DNA of 64,000 nt, from positions 4,232,259 through 4,296,258 of the forward strand of contig CAVNZM010000002.1 of NCBI GenBank assembly GCA_963693365.1. The letters run 5' to 3'. A program made the translations under genes and the position numbers. The notes below the pieces were generated by a model, which worked only from the letters and a program-made list of their open reading frames with translations, had not been told where the DNA came from and ran no database searches. The stretch comes from Amoebidium appalachense (taxonomy: Eukaryota > Protista > Ichthyosporea). Below, piece by piece: positions 14,334 through 41,394 of the stretch. Within the stretch, counting starts at the first letter, position 1; every line of letters starts with the position of its first letter.

Positions 14334-14989
14334 CATACAATATCCCAAAAAACGGAACGCCAACGGACGGAGAAACAAATATCCTGACAACCTAACATCA
14401 TGGACTTCCCAGCACCAAGTCACGCGTTAGCAAGCTGAGAGCAAGACACACCATATGTGTAGGCGCACACACGTGTGCACACGATGTGCATTCAGGCACT
14501 AAGAAGTGCATACATGCACACAGGCACACAACACAAAATCCAGGCATCAATGGAAAAGAAGGCACAAACACATACATATACTTTGAGGCTATGCCGGCTT
14601 TTCACAGTTTTTCTCCATAAGATCAATGCAGTATGCTTAAAAAAGGAGATTGCACCAAATAAAGGCAAAACAAATCACTGACTTAACAAATCACTGACTT
14701 GAACTAAAGGTCTGATGTCAGAATCTTTGACACCACGTCACGAAATGCCGACATAGACCTTAGCGCAACTCGGCAACACCAATCGACCAACTCCCCTGCA
14801 TTTCCTCATGCCCTTCACCCACCTGCCCGCAGAAATCCCCCACAAGTAAAATACACAAACATGTACACTATACAGCATACACCACCATAAAAAATGTAGT
14901 ATACAGAACCCTGACATTATATTGAACGCAGCAGCAATGTGTAAACAGCCAATTTGTGATATAAAGCAGCACTAAACAATACACAGCAT

Positions 14990-27740
<12,751 letters not shown>

Positions 27741-28128
27741 TTGAATGTTGTTAGCAAGGTAAAACAACCTGTAACATGAAGAGGATTTCTGGCGGGAAAT
27801 TCACCAGAAAATATGTGTACTTTCTAGTGCGATGAACCACGATAAGATTGCTTCATCAACAAGTCAAAGGTGCAGCAAAGAGAGCGTACATCTTTGAATC
27901 TCAAGTGAGTGCACAGGTCAAGATGCTAAATTCTCGCATTGACTTGCATCCTTGTGTCTTCACGGGGACGAGCAACGTTTAGTTAAAAAGGTATTAAGTA
28001 AGAAGCACGGGTTCGAAGTGCATGTTGTTGAAAAAACAGGAGAATTCTTTGGGTGGGTCGGAGAAGGGTGGGGTGGCGGGGAGGGGGTGGGGAGGGGGGG
28101 AGGGGGGGGGGGGGGGGGGGGAGGAGGG

Positions 28129-28164
<36 letters not shown>

Positions 28165-30217
28165 GTTTGAGATTACCCCACGTCCCCCTGTGCCATCTTG
28201 AGTCACTTGGTTAGTTCACAGAGGCATGGTTATGAATGTGGTCCCTAATTGGTAAAGAAGAGTTTATAGCTATACCGTAGTCGGTCTGTTATGGACACAA
28301 CATTATAGCCTACAGGTACATAGTTCAAGTGGACTTTGTGACTGCTCGAGTTCGACGTGCCTGTGACGTAGATATACATCGAGTCACCCCAGACACGGAA
28401 GCCCCCCCAGATCAATAAACATCACGATGTAAATGGGGCTTCCGGGACATGGCGTCCTCAGTCTTTTCCTTGTCCAAAACATATTTCTTGTGAACGAAAG
28501 CTGTGACCATCCGTCCCCCATCCGACTTTCATCCGTGTTCAAATTCATGTTCCCATCACATTTCGATGTCGCATGGTAGCAGAGAGGCCGTCACCGATGT
28601 CAATATGTAAAGCACCCGAAGGTTATTGGGTAGAAATGCGCGCGTAAACAGGATTGACCAACCAGAGTGCCTAAAGGTTTTCTATTTATGGTATGGTTCG
28701 GCTCATGCGCCGCAGTCTACCGGGACTCCTGCTAAAGTATCATGGCTGTAACTTACGTGAAAACTTTGAACACTTGAGCGTCGAAATGCGTGAGCAAAAA
28801 AATATGCTCTTTTGTGGTATTAGAAATATACAATTGCTCAGAAAGCCACAATATATGCCTGCATGCCGCCTGGCTATGTGGCATCATATGTCGTGGTGGC
28901 AGTAAACAGGTTGTCGATATATTACTGAACTTCATCAGTGCTTTTTCTTTCCTTTTATAGATCTTGAAGCACCTGATTGGTACACGGTTGTTTCCCTAAA
29001 CTCTAGAGGTCCGGAAATTTAGACCGGCTGGAAACAGGTTCAACTAGCTTCCTATCGCATTATTGAAAAAATTGCCTTATACTTTTATCCCTAGTAGACT
29101 GTTACATTTAGCAATCATGAATCATTAGTTTTGAAGACAAGATGCATATTTTGGTACTGTTATCAGCGACCAGGCAAGCAACCACACCAATCAAAAATAT
29201 TTGTGTTCTTCGAAATTTCCGAAAGTTTAGGGCCTTTCCAAATCATTGAGTCACGCCTTGATCAGAAGAACCAAACATGAATTATTATATTTGTGCGCCA
29301 CGCTCAAGTATTTGTAAACATTAATAGCACACGTTATGCTCCATAATTCGTGAATTACAGTGGCTGTTATCAAACAGCGTTGCATGCATTGTTAAAATAC
29401 ATAGTGCTTACTCTCTTCTCAGTGGCACACACCGTCATGCTTTGGACCCCCCTGGCGATGAGGCGAATGCGATCTCGTCAGGGCCGCTTCTGATTGGTCA
29501 GTCAGATTCAGCAAGCAAGTATATAAAGGTGTGCTGGTGTGGCAAGTGGTTTTCATTCTGTACTTACCGAGCTTCCCTTCTCTGTGGGGTTTTCTTATTA
29601 GCTCTCCCCACATGCATGGTTTCTCCTAGGGGTCGTTACTAGAATTATCTTTTAGGTAGTGGAGGTGGACATTTCCATTGCATTGTATCAAGAGTTGTAG
29701 TGACCTCTGTTAGGTAGTTTGACAGCACAGTTACAACATGGCGCTAAGGCAACGAAAGGTTGCCTCTCTGGCAGAGTTTGAGACCCGCGCAGCTGCCCTG
29801 CTAAAGGAGGTGAGTGTGCAGTACTTAGAGGGTGTCGTTGAAACGCAGCCAGCTTGCCAGCACTGTTTTGTTGTGGTTTCTTAAGTGATGCAAGCTTAAT
29901 GCTACGCGTTTGACTAGGGGAGCCCATTCGACTCCGAGTCTCATTGCACTGTTCAGACGTTCAGACAGCACCTTCTCTCGTTCTTCTCTTCTTGAGCCAT
30001 GACCTATCTTAGGTCCTGGTACAGCAGCAGGAAATGGGTCGAGGAGGGTTGGCGATGGAACGAAGAGCTGTGGGGAAGAGGGGGGAAGGGGAGGGGGGGG
30101 GGGGAGGGGGCAACCACCACCTCCTAGTCCAGTTGACTCTTGCATGCGAGCCTGGCTGAGTGAATGTATACAAATGTACAAGAGGCCGTGGTGTTGAGAA
30201 CGCCAGCCACAGCCCCC

Positions 30218-30264
<47 letters not shown>

Positions 30265-31404
30265 TCTCTCTCCCGCTCCCTTCCTCACTCCCTTTTCCTC
30301 TTTCCCCCACATCTCTCGTCCCTCCCCTTTCTTCTCGATCCCTTCCCCCCCCTCCCCTCCCCACCCCCGCTCACCCAAGTCCACCCGTCCGCCCACCTAC
30401 CCACCCACTCACCCACCCCAACCGGTTATGCTTTCAATTCACTTGAGTCCATCTCTCCCAGGTTGAGGCGTTGAAGGACCCTACCCACAGTGTCAAGAGG
30501 GTATACCACAGCAAACTTGAGCTCCTGCGCATGGACATTGCAGAACACGTGCAGACACGTACGTGCTAAAACCCCCCCCTCCCCTTCTTCCCCCCTTCTC
30601 TACTTCCCCCCCCCCCTCCCCACCCTCCCTCCCCTCTTCCCTGCTATCCACCTGCCCACTCTCCACCCAGTCATGCAGCACAAACGCATAAGCTTTAATG
30701 CATCTGGCACAACCACACGACAGAGTGCATTTTGTGGCTTCGCAACCTCCTCCCTCCTCCCCCCCCCCTCCCCCCCCGCGACCCCTCTCCCCTCGCCCTC
30801 TCCTCACCCCCACGATCTCACTTTCCCTTCTCACCTCCCCCAGAACCTTGACAAAGAGTTGCATGTGTTTGTCCTCATTCTTTTTCTTCATTGCCCATAC
30901 CATACTGCTGGTCTGATGATTGATTTTTGCGTGTTACTCGCGTAGGACTCCCTCTCTACCTCCTCACCCCTCCCCCCCCCCCCCCCCCCCCCCCCCCCGC
31001 CGCCGCCGCCGCCTCTTCCCCCATCACTCAAGTGATACTACTTTCTTGCCCCTGCTTGTGAGCACGATCTAGGGAAAAACAAAACATAAAGGCCAAGCCG
31101 AAGCATAGTTTTCAGACCAAATAAGAAAATATACAATTGTGCAGTACGACTTGCTTTTGCCGGTTTGAGCTTCATTCCTACCTGCTGAAGTGTAAGGTAT
31201 GCACACAAGTTACCATGTCGAGAGCAATAAGAGAAAGCATCAATCAAAAGGGTGACCCTTTGCTCGATCGCGATGGTACCAACCAAGTTTCCGCTAGCTC
31301 TGTCGCTTTCAGTGGACACGGGCAAAGATGATAAAACTTTTAACCACCCATTATTCGAAGGCACCGACCAAACTTTACTCACACTGTTTCTACTTTCAGT
31401 TGAC

Positions 31405-31590
31405 ATGGGCAAAGATGCCAAAGCATCAGTTGGAAAGAAGGAGGAGGAGCCTTTGTCGCCCGAGAGAAAGGCGCTGAATGAACTGGACCAGAAACTGGCG
31501 GCTGCAGAGGAACCACTGTCTCTTATTTCGAAAAAGAACAATGGGTATGTCTCTCTCTCTCTCTCCCTCTCTCTCCCTCTCTCTCTCTCT

Positions 31591-31668
<78 letters not shown>

Positions 31669-31818
31669 TAGAGTTTATACATGTGCAAACTGATAATGGT
31701 TATGAAGGTGTGGGTGGGTGTGGGCCTGTGTGTGTGGGCTGGTGTGGGCTTGTTTGTTGGGTGTGTTTCAGGGGGAAGTTGTGTATGGGTGCGTGTGTTT
31801 TTTGTTTTTTTTGTTTTG

Positions 31819-31858
<40 letters not shown>

Positions 31859-32310
31859 ACCGTGATGTTAATCTGTAGGTTCACCAGACGGAGATATTTT
31901 GCTGTCCACCATCATTCTCTCTTCCCCATCCTCCTCTCATGGACCCTGTCTTCCTACCCCCCCCCCCCCCCCCCCCCCTACCCCCCCCCCCCCCCCCCCC
32001 GCCGTCGCCTCCCCCCCTTTCCGTCCCTCTTCACCAGCACCGTGCCTTACATCTGGATTTTTTTCTCGTCCTGTTTAAGACATGCAATACAACTGTTCAT
32101 GGCCAGCTGTTTTTCCCTTCCCCCCCCCCCCCCCCCCTCCCCCCTCCCCCCCCCCCCCCCCCCCCCCGGCGCTCCCCGGGTATGTGTGTGTGGGGGGGGG
32201 GGGGGGGGGGGGGAGGGGGGGGGAGCAGGCAAACACACACAAAACCCACACACATTCACACATACCCGTCCATTCTGTGCTTTCATTCACACATATTAGA
32301 CTGGGCACAT

Positions 32311-32355
<45 letters not shown>

Positions 32356-33781
32356 CATACCGACTATAGATGCCTTGTTTAGGCTTGTGTATCGCCTCCC
32401 ACCCATGTTTAGTATGTTGCCAAATGTGGCATAGCTTGTACTTCTTTCTTTTTCTTTTGCCTTTTTTGACGCTAATCTCCTACCCCCCCACCCAGGCCGC
32501 TTGTGATTCTTGACTTCATTGCACTGATGATCTACACCTTTGGTATTGCCATGCCCCTCATGTGGTGTGTGGTGCCCCTCAGGTTGCTCGTATGTCTCCC
32601 CATCCTCCCCCTATCCCCCCCCCCCCCCCCCCTCCCTCCCCCCTTTCCCTTCCCCCCCCCCCCCCCCCCCGCCCCCGCCCCCTGCGGCCCCCCCCCCCCC
32701 TCCTCCTATACACACACACACATTAGACTTACACACTCCAGCACACCCACCCATCCACCAATGCAACACTCTCTCCTACCCCACCCTCCCCGGCTCACTT
32801 CCTTACATGCTTTCATATACACACACTCGCTCACGCACAGGTGGTGGTTCTCCTTTTCCTTCTTCCCTATTACCTCCCCCCCCCCCCCCCCCCCCCCCCC
32901 CCCTCGGACGGACGTGAATGGGTTGAAGCTCGGGTACTGTAAATAAGTTGGGACCCGTTCTGAGGATTTGCTCCACTTGTGGCGTGCTCGTTGCGTGTGC
33001 TCCTATCTGCTTAACCTGCATCGTGTTGTCCGTTAGTAAATGTATAATTCGAACTCTGTAACACACTCTATCCCCCCCCCCCTCCCCCCCACCACCACCA
33101 AAAACAAAATAAAAAATCCACCACTACCACCATATAAAAGAAAGAATGGAAGCACAAGGGTATTCCTAGAAAATGGGGCCTGCTTATGTTGCATACTACG
33201 TGTTGTTGGTGTGCCATACCTCCATGTTGGCCTTTGCATGTGTCCTGCGCCGTGTTTCTTGTTGTTTCCTCTAGTTTAATTCGTGCCGGGTTCAGTCCCC
33301 TCCCTCCCCCCACCTCTGCAGAGGACGGGCTTTACTTGTGATGCATACTCTTCAAACGCTTTCCTTGTCTGCAATATCTGCATCGTGTTGTCCGTCATGA
33401 ATGTATACTAAAATGCATTAGATAGCCTAGTTTGTTTTGTATTGTCTGTTAAAGATGTATCCTTAGCACTCTGTAACTCACTTTACGATCCCCCTCCCCC
33501 CCCCCCCCCCCCCCCCCCCAATCCCGATCCCTCCCCCCCCCCCCCCCCTTCTCAGCACCCCCTCTTGCGCAAACTGGGGGTGCACAACAACTACCTGCCT
33601 GTGGACATGAGCACAAAACTGTTTGCCATCGGCTTCGTGGCTGTCTCGGGCACAAGCATGGTGGTCGAAGGGGCCGAACACGTCGGTATGTGACCCACAT
33701 AATGTTATTTATATGGCCATGCCGTTTTTTTTTTATTTCCCCCTTCCTCTTTAGTGACGGTGGTGTTTGGGGAAGAAGAGA

Positions 33782-33813
<32 letters not shown>

Positions 33814-33842
33814 GAGAATGGACATGCAAATTTTGCATTTTT

Positions 33843-33873
<31 letters not shown>

Positions 33874-34255
33874 GGGGGAGAATGAATGGATGGATGAAAG
33901 TAGTGACTAAGGATGGGTGGGTTTTCCATGGTCGGTTGGTTGACATCCATGCAAAATCCAGGGATTATGACACGGGCCACATCGATGAACTAATATTAAG
34001 TCCCCCTTTTCAAACACATTGAGGCCTCTGTTGATCGCAAAAACGGACACTTTTCGGTCGTTAATGCAATCAACTGACTGGGTGTGTGTTTGGGAGCAGA
34101 CAAGAGGCAGAACTACGTGTGCATGTTCACCCACGCAAGCAACCTCGACCCCTGGGCCGTGCAGGCTGGTTGCTCGACATCCTTCAAGTGGATCGGTAAG
34201 ACACACCCATGCTTACTCGTACATGTAGATGGATTGTGGAAGGGAAAGGGGGGAA

Positions 34256-34295
<40 letters not shown>

Positions 34296-34379
34296 GTGTT
34301 CGACAGAAAAGTGTGAACGAGTCTAGAGTTGGTGAAAGCTGTGTAGGCTCAACCACCTACCCAGGTTTTTTTTTTTTTT

Positions 34380-34424
<45 letters not shown>

Positions 34425-36996
34425 TATATCCCAATGTCCAGCAAAGCAAGTTGCTTATCCTAGCCAATCAAATCACAAGGAATGCATATTTTCAACCAAT
34501 CAAGTCACAAACTTATTCAACCCTTGCAACTACTGCATGACCGAACCATCTAGATGTCGAGGCCTCGAGAAAGGTCCCGCGCAGCCCGCAATCCTTTTGT
34601 CACCACCACACATACACAAGGATAGTCCTGAAATGCACCTGGCGCTCAAAATTCACTTATACTATTTTTGGGGCTCGATCAGCGCAAGACGTACGTCAGG
34701 CTACCTTAGTATGTTGGTACGTCAGGCGCAGATATTCAATTTCAAAGGAATGGAGGTCTCCAATTCACTCACTAACCCATTACCTTTGGGCGTTACAACC
34801 ATACAGCCACCTTGACTTACAAAGCTAACAAATACTGACATGACATGCATGTATGTCTGCACATACACGCAAACATATATGTTAACATAACAAACATACC
34901 TGCGCATGCACACGCACACACTCACACACACACATGCACACACACATATGCACATGCACACATGCATACACACAAAGGCAAGTAATTCCTTTCACACTTG
35001 CACGTATTGCATTCACATGCATGTAAACACAACTGCAAGCACACATGCCCCTGTGCGTACACAATAGACATGCAAACACAATGCATACTCCCGCATACAC
35101 ACTCCACGCACACACAAGATACAGACAAATAAAGCCACACATGCCTTAACACGCACACTCATAAGCACGCGCGCGCACACGCACGTACACACAAACACAC
35201 ACACATGCACACACGTACACACGTACCCACACACACGTACACACACGTACAGGCAAGAAGGTGCTGTTCATGATCCCAATCTTTGGTTGGCTGATGAGCG
35301 CCCAGGGCCACTTTGCCATCGATCGGTCCAATCAGAAACGTGCAATCGAGACTCTTGACTCTGTGGTTAGAGCCATCCACAAGTACAAACGATCAATCGC
35401 AATCTCCCCCGAGGGCACCAGGTTACACTGCCCCCCCCCCCCCCCCCCCCCCGGTGCGTGCAGAGGATGTATTCTGCTCATGTTGCATACTACGCGTTGC
35501 TGACGTTGCATGCTAATACGTCTGCTTTTGCATGTGTTCTGCACCGTGCTTCTCATCGTGTAGTTGTACTTAATACTGTGTTCTGCACCGTGCTTCTCAT
35601 CGTGTAGTATGTACTTAATACTGTGTTCTGCACCGTGCTTCTCATCGTGTAGTTGTACTTAATACTGTGTTCTGCACCGTGCTTCTCATCGTGTAGTTGT
35701 ACTTAATACTGTGTTCTGCACCGTGCTTCTCATCGTGTAGTTGTACTTAATACTGTGTTCTGCACCGTGCTTCTCATCGTGTAGTTGTACTTAATACTGT
35801 GTTCTGCACCGTGCTTCTCATCGTGTAGTTGTACTTAATACTGTGTTCTGCACCGTGCTTCTCATCGTGTAGTTGTACTTAATACTGTGTTCTGCACCGT
35901 GCTTCTCATCGTGTAGTTGTACTTAATACTGTGTTCTGCACCGTGCTTCTCATCGTGTAGTTGTACTTAATACTGTGTTCTGCACCGTGCTTCTCATCGT
36001 GTAGTTGTACTTAATACTGTGTTCTGCACCGTGCTTCTCATCGTGTAGTTGTACTTAATACTGTGTTCTGCACCGTGCTTCTCATCGTGTAGTTGTACTT
36101 AATACTGTGTTCTGCACCGTGCTTCTCATCGTGTAGTTGTACTTAATACTGTGTTCTGCACCGTGCTTCTCATCGTGTAGTTGTACTTAATACTGTGTTT
36201 GCACCGTGCTTCTCATCGTGTAGTTGTACTTAATACTGTGTTCTGCACCGTGCTTCTCATCGTGTAGTTGTACTTAATACTGTGTTCTGCACCGTGCTTC
36301 TCATCGTGTAGTTGTACTTAATACTGTGTTCTGCACCGTGCTTCTCATCGTGTAGTTGTACTTAATACTGTGTTCTGCACCCCAACCCCCCTCCCCCCTC
36401 TTTGAGCCTCGAGGGCGTGTAAGGTGCCTCTCACCCTTCGTTTTTCCATTTAGTCTGTTTTCTGTCATTTGATGCTTTCTCTGCTGTGTGTACCCCTTCC
36501 CTCCTGGTTAAAATAAACACAGCCGTCGTTTGAATTGCATTTGCGGAATTGGGCAAAACATCGTTCTTGGGATCGGAAACGACGTGGTTGCCATAAATGG
36601 AGTTTTGCAGAGTTTGGTTTTGGGGCGGTAGTGTAAGTGTCGTCTTCTCGTTTTTTTTTTTTTTTTTGTTTTTTTTGGAAGAAAGGGGTGTGGGGAGGGA
36701 GGGGGGGGTCTTACGATGTATGGGGGGTCGTATTATGCATTCTAGTTTCACTCTAGGTTTTTTTCCCAAATGTATTGTTTTTGTTTTTGTGAAGGGAGGG
36801 GGGAGGGGGAGGGGGGAGGGGGGGCGGGGGGGTCTCCATCAGTAACTTCATTGGCTCACTCACGGCTTCTTGTTTCCTCAGAGCACGCAAAGGGCAGCTG
36901 GGGCCGTTCAAGAAGGGTCCCTTCCATACCACCGTGAAGGTAGGGGTTTAGGGGGGGGGGGGTATTTGAATGTTTTGGCTTATATGATGGGTGGGT

Positions 36997-37063
<67 letters not shown>

Positions 37064-37124
37064 GGGGTATATGGAAAAGTGATGTCTGGTTTTTTTTTTT
37101 GTTTTTTTTTTGGGGGGGGGGGGG

Positions 37125-37157
<33 letters not shown>

Positions 37158-37621
37158 GCAAGGATATTGCTATCGTTGTCAGGTCATAAAAGTAGGTGGA
37201 GGTGAGAAAATGAAGGAAAGAGGGGCCTAGGAAGGGAATCACGAACTGTGGTTTTTGATTGGAGCAATCAGGCCTTTCATGCCTCTAGCTGGATCTTTGT
37301 TATACGATTGGCTGGCTGCCCTGGGGTTAGAAGTAGCGATGGCGGTGGGTTTTTGATGGTAAGCCTAAAAGGGTCCCTCCTTATTTTTGACTTGTATTTT
37401 TTATCATTTTGAATCACTTATGTGTTTGTTTATTGATTTTTATGCTATTTATTCCCCCCCATCCCCCCCCCCCCCCCCCCCCCTTCCAGACAAGGCTTCC
37501 CGTTCTCCCCGTTGTGGTCATCAATGCGTATGAGCGCTGGCCCCCGGGCCAGCTTGCTCCTTCCCCTGGCACCATCGTCATTCGGTATTGAACCCCCCCC
37601 CCCCCCCCCCCTCTCCCCCCC

Positions 37622-37675
<54 letters not shown>

Positions 37676-38494
37676 GCTCCCAGCAGTGGGACCTGCCTGT
37701 TATAGTTGAAGCAACTTGGAATGGGTTGGGAACCATGCGCAAGAGGGCGAAAAAGGCAAACGATGTTCTCAGTGTGGAGGCTAATGAACCCCTTGATGAT
37801 CGTGTCTGTAATGTGTCGTCTGGCCTACGTCGACGTGGTTTCTTTATTGTGTTTTTGTAGTTTCTCTGTTGTGTTTCTGTATTTTCTCTATTGTGTTTTT
37901 GTATCTTCTCTATTGTGTTTCTGATTTTCTCTATTGTGTTGTTGTATTTCTGTCTTCTCCCCCTTTTTTTTGCCAACCGTACCCGTACAAACGCAGACAA
38001 ATCAACCGCCATTCGCCCTCCCTCCCTCCCCTTCCCCTCCCTCTCTCCTTTTCTTTTTTTTTCTTTCCAGTCTTCTCGTCTCTTGCTCGTTGGAGGTTTG
38101 CACTTACGCTTGCTCGAACCTACCCGAGTTTGCCATATATGGCAGATTCTAAGGGGGAATATGGTCGATTGATTAACTTCAATATGTGGTGGTATCAACG
38201 TTATTCTTCCTGTGTCTTTTTCTTCCATGTTTCCTGCCCTCCAATGCATTGCATAACCCCCTTCTTCCTCAGAGCAAATTTACGTTTGTGTGTGTGTGTG
38301 TGCGCGCGCGCGCGCATGCGCGCCTGCACACGGGCGCGCCACGTGGTGATGATAATAAATATGAATTAATAAATAATCATTGACATGTTTTTCTGCCACA
38401 GGTACCTCAAGCCCCTGGACTTCCCCGACACCGCCGAGGTCCACGATCTGATTAATCCTGTCCGCCGTGTAATCCTGGAGGCTACCGTATGTTT

Positions 38495-38542
<48 letters not shown>

Positions 38543-39471
38543 GGGGAGGGAAAGAGGGGGAGTAATGGTGGTGGTGGTAGGGAAAGCATTGGGTGGGGGA
38601 GAGGTGGTGGTGGGGGGGGGGGGGGGGGTCTTATTTTATTTCTTTTAAGGAGACTTGGGGGATGGTTGTCAAATAAAAATTGGGGGTGCGCAGCCGATCA
38701 AGATCGACCAAATTCCATAATTGATCCAGTCGGTCGATCGAGCCTGGAAGGTCCGAAAATTCAACTTTCAATATAAACCCATGTCATTTGTGAGAGAATG
38801 AACGCAGAAACTTACCCTGAAAAAAAAATTCCTACTAATAAAGTCGGGGGTAATTACATAATGGATGTTGATGTGTGTCAGCCCTTGGAAAAATCGATTT
38901 CTACCCCCTCCATATATGCTTACGCTAAGCGATAACGGGCAGCTCGAACCAGATTTTTTCACTGGTAGACTTACATAATCCTAACTAACCAACCCCCACT
39001 TTATAATCAAAATTTCAGTTTCTCCCCCAGTTTCTGCGTTCATTCTCTCACAAATGACATGGGGTTTATATTGAAGGTTGAATTTTCGGACCTTCCGGCC
39101 TCGATTGACCGACTGGATCAATTATGATATTTGGTCGATCTTGATCGGCTGCGCACCCCCAATTTTTATTTGAAAACCATCCCCCAAGTCTCCTTAATTT
39201 TACTATTTCATTTGATTTATTAAATTTGTTTCGTTCTTTTTTTTTGGGGGGGGGGGGGAGGGGGGGGAGGCTCGGGTGCTTTTGTGTGCGCTCTGCAACT
39301 TCAGAACGTGCTGTTGGTCATGAATTTGTACTTGATCGTAATTTTTGTATTTGCATTCTTGATTCTTTCCCACACATATTCGTTGTCTATGCTTTGCAAA
39401 ATATGCATTGTGTTCTCCGTCATGAATGTGTACTTAGCATTCTTTAGCATTCTGTGACGCTTTCAACCCCT

Positions 39472-39502
<31 letters not shown>

Positions 39503-39710
39503 AAAGAAAAGCAGGGACTGGCCGCTAAGGGTAGGTATGCATGGTATGTACTGAAGAATGTGTGGTATGCAGGATGACATCAGCAAGGTGCCTGAGCCGG
39601 AGGCCGCCGGGGCCGTTCAGACCCTGTTCAGCGTGCTGCTGAACATAATGTTGCTGTTTGTGCCCTACCTGTGGTACATGATGTTCCAGTATGTCATGCA
39701 GAAGTGGTAG
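31405..39710 (+). CDS. 1-acyl-sn-glycerol-3-phosphate acyltransferase (LPAAT, PlsC/AGPAT1-2 family), 9 exons, 334 aa
   Basis: Exons 31405-31544, 32496-32589, 33556-33685, 34100-34195, 35253-35421, 36882-36939, 37490-37584, 38402-38486 and 39573-39710 splice in frame (1005 nt, all GT-AG). Motifs: THASNLD (HX4D), FAIDR, SPEGTR, PFKKG. Hydrophobic N- and C-terminal segments. Confidence 0.93.
32905..33490 (+). repeat. Three adjacent degenerate copies of the dispersed intronic element in LPAAT intron 2
   Basis: GTGAATGGGTTGAAGCTCGGGTACTGT...TGCATCGTGTTGTCCGT at 32913-33035 matches the reverse complement of 58315-58483. Partial copies at ~33165-33270 and ~33320-33490. Confidence 0.72.
35533..36381. 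repeat. 44-bp minisatellite, ~19 near-perfect copies, in LPAAT intron 5
   Basis: Unit TGTTCTGCACCGTGCTTCTCATCGTGTAGTTGTACTTAATACTG. Only two 1-nt indel variants seen (~35609, ~36198). Confidence 0.97.
37845..37950. repeat. Degenerate ~20-bp tandem repeat (TTTCTCTATTGTGTTTYTGTAT), about 5 copies
   Basis: Read directly in LPAAT intron 7. Confidence 0.75.
38649..39193. mobile_element. Non-autonomous DNA transposon (MITE, 545 bp) with ~165-bp TIRs and TTAA TSD; Kolobok-like termini
   Basis: TTAA|GGAGACTTGGGGGATGGTT...AACCATCCCCCAAGTCTCC|TTAA. The inverted match extends to GAACGCAGAAACT/AGTTTCTGCGTTC. Confidence 0.9.
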
Positions 39711-40640
39711 ACTAGTGGGTGTGGCGGCGGTACATCGTGTTCCAGTTTCGCGTGCAATAGCGGTAGATTTGCACCATGTGTGCCGCTGGAGTGTGTGCGC
39801 CTCTGAACCTCATGTGCTGTTATCAAACCGGTTTCGGAACGGGGTACTCCGGTGGTGACGCTATGGTTGTGTGTGTGCGTCTTTAATTTGGAGTTTGTAG
39901 TTGTTGATGGGACCTTTAGGGATGTAACAGAAGTTAAAGATGTTGCTGTGTTATGTTGCTATTGCATTGTGTTGACATGTGTAGTGTTTTGGTGGTGGGC
40001 ACAAGGCATGATGGGGTGTGTTTTTCCTATTATACCTCGTGATTTTTCGGTATGCGCTTTCAAATGATATTTAATAATGATGTCTTATGATGCTGCCGTA
40101 TGTGCTGTTGTGGTGATATGTAAGTGCCAAGTGGCAGTGTTTTGTGGAGGACTAGGATGCCTACTGGTGTGTAGTCAAATGTGCGTGCGTGTTATAGTAC
40201 ATAGACGAGCTAGTGTGATGTAACATTTTTCTACAGGAGGAAAAGCAGCAGGCAACCGACATAGAGGTTGCATGCATGGTGTTGGTAAATGCAACTCGCT
40301 CGTTTTACGATGCAACAGTACCTTAGTGCACACAGTACTGATGTGTACATTAGCTGTGTGTTTTTGGCCTGTTCTGGGCTGATGCTAAGATTAAGCTTAA
40401 GCTCAGAACACCAGAAGTTAAATTTAGCTGATGCTTTTACCTCTATAGTCAGATTGTGTTGCTTAGTCGTGTGTGGATGGTGCATATTGCTTTCACTCCT
40501 CTGTAGTTGTCGTGTAAGCATGTGTTTGCATGCAGTGATAGGGAAGCAGCATGTCCATGCCTGGTGTAATGGGTGTGTAGAATAAATGTATGAGAAATTC
40601 TCCGCTGAGCCCCCCCCCCCCCCCCCCCCTCTCTCCCCCC

Positions 40641-40697
<57 letters not shown>

Positions 40698-40837
40698 ACC
40701 ACCACCACCACCACACACACACACACACACAACCACCACCACCACCACTACACATGCCCGCGCACGCGCGCGCGCACACACACACACACACACATGTACA
40801 CATACCCCACCACCACTACACGCGCACGCTCGCGCAT

Positions 40838-40876
<39 letters not shown>

Positions 40877-41394
40877 GGTGCACTTGAACACACACACGTG
40901 TTTTGCCAGCACATATGCATGCAAGCGTGCGCACACGACGCTATTCGGCACCACCCCATAGTGACATCATTGTATTGGATATGAAGGGGTTCTGGGTACG
41001 CTGGAAGACACAAGAAGGGGAAGGAATACCGTTCATGTGCGATCTCTTTCTACTATATAAAGCCGGGAACCTATACTGTAAGCGCTGTGTGTAGGGTTTA
41101 AAAGCCAAGAGACTGAATAATCATTCCAACTGGAACTCTGACGTCGTACCTTTTTCACTACGGTTCATAGCTGTCACATTCTGATCGACCTTTTAATTAA
41201 TGTTTTGTGTTTTCATTAGACTCGTATAATTGATTAAATGCTAAGCAGCAACAATAAAAAAGGGGTAACGCAAAAAATAAAATATATGAGAATGCATATC
41301 ATACACCTACAATTCAAGGCACCTGGCCCTGTATACAGTACTCTTTACATCACACCGAATCAACCATAGAAAATATAGTCTTCATACGACAACT

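Noticed and set aside
27800-30050. Repeat-poor intergenic block as a viral or TE insertion
   Set aside because: No long ORF, terminal repeats or recognisable motifs.
35533-36381. CRISPR-like array
   Set aside because: Units are head-to-tail identical with no unique spacers, sit in a eukaryotic intron, and no cas genes are nearby.
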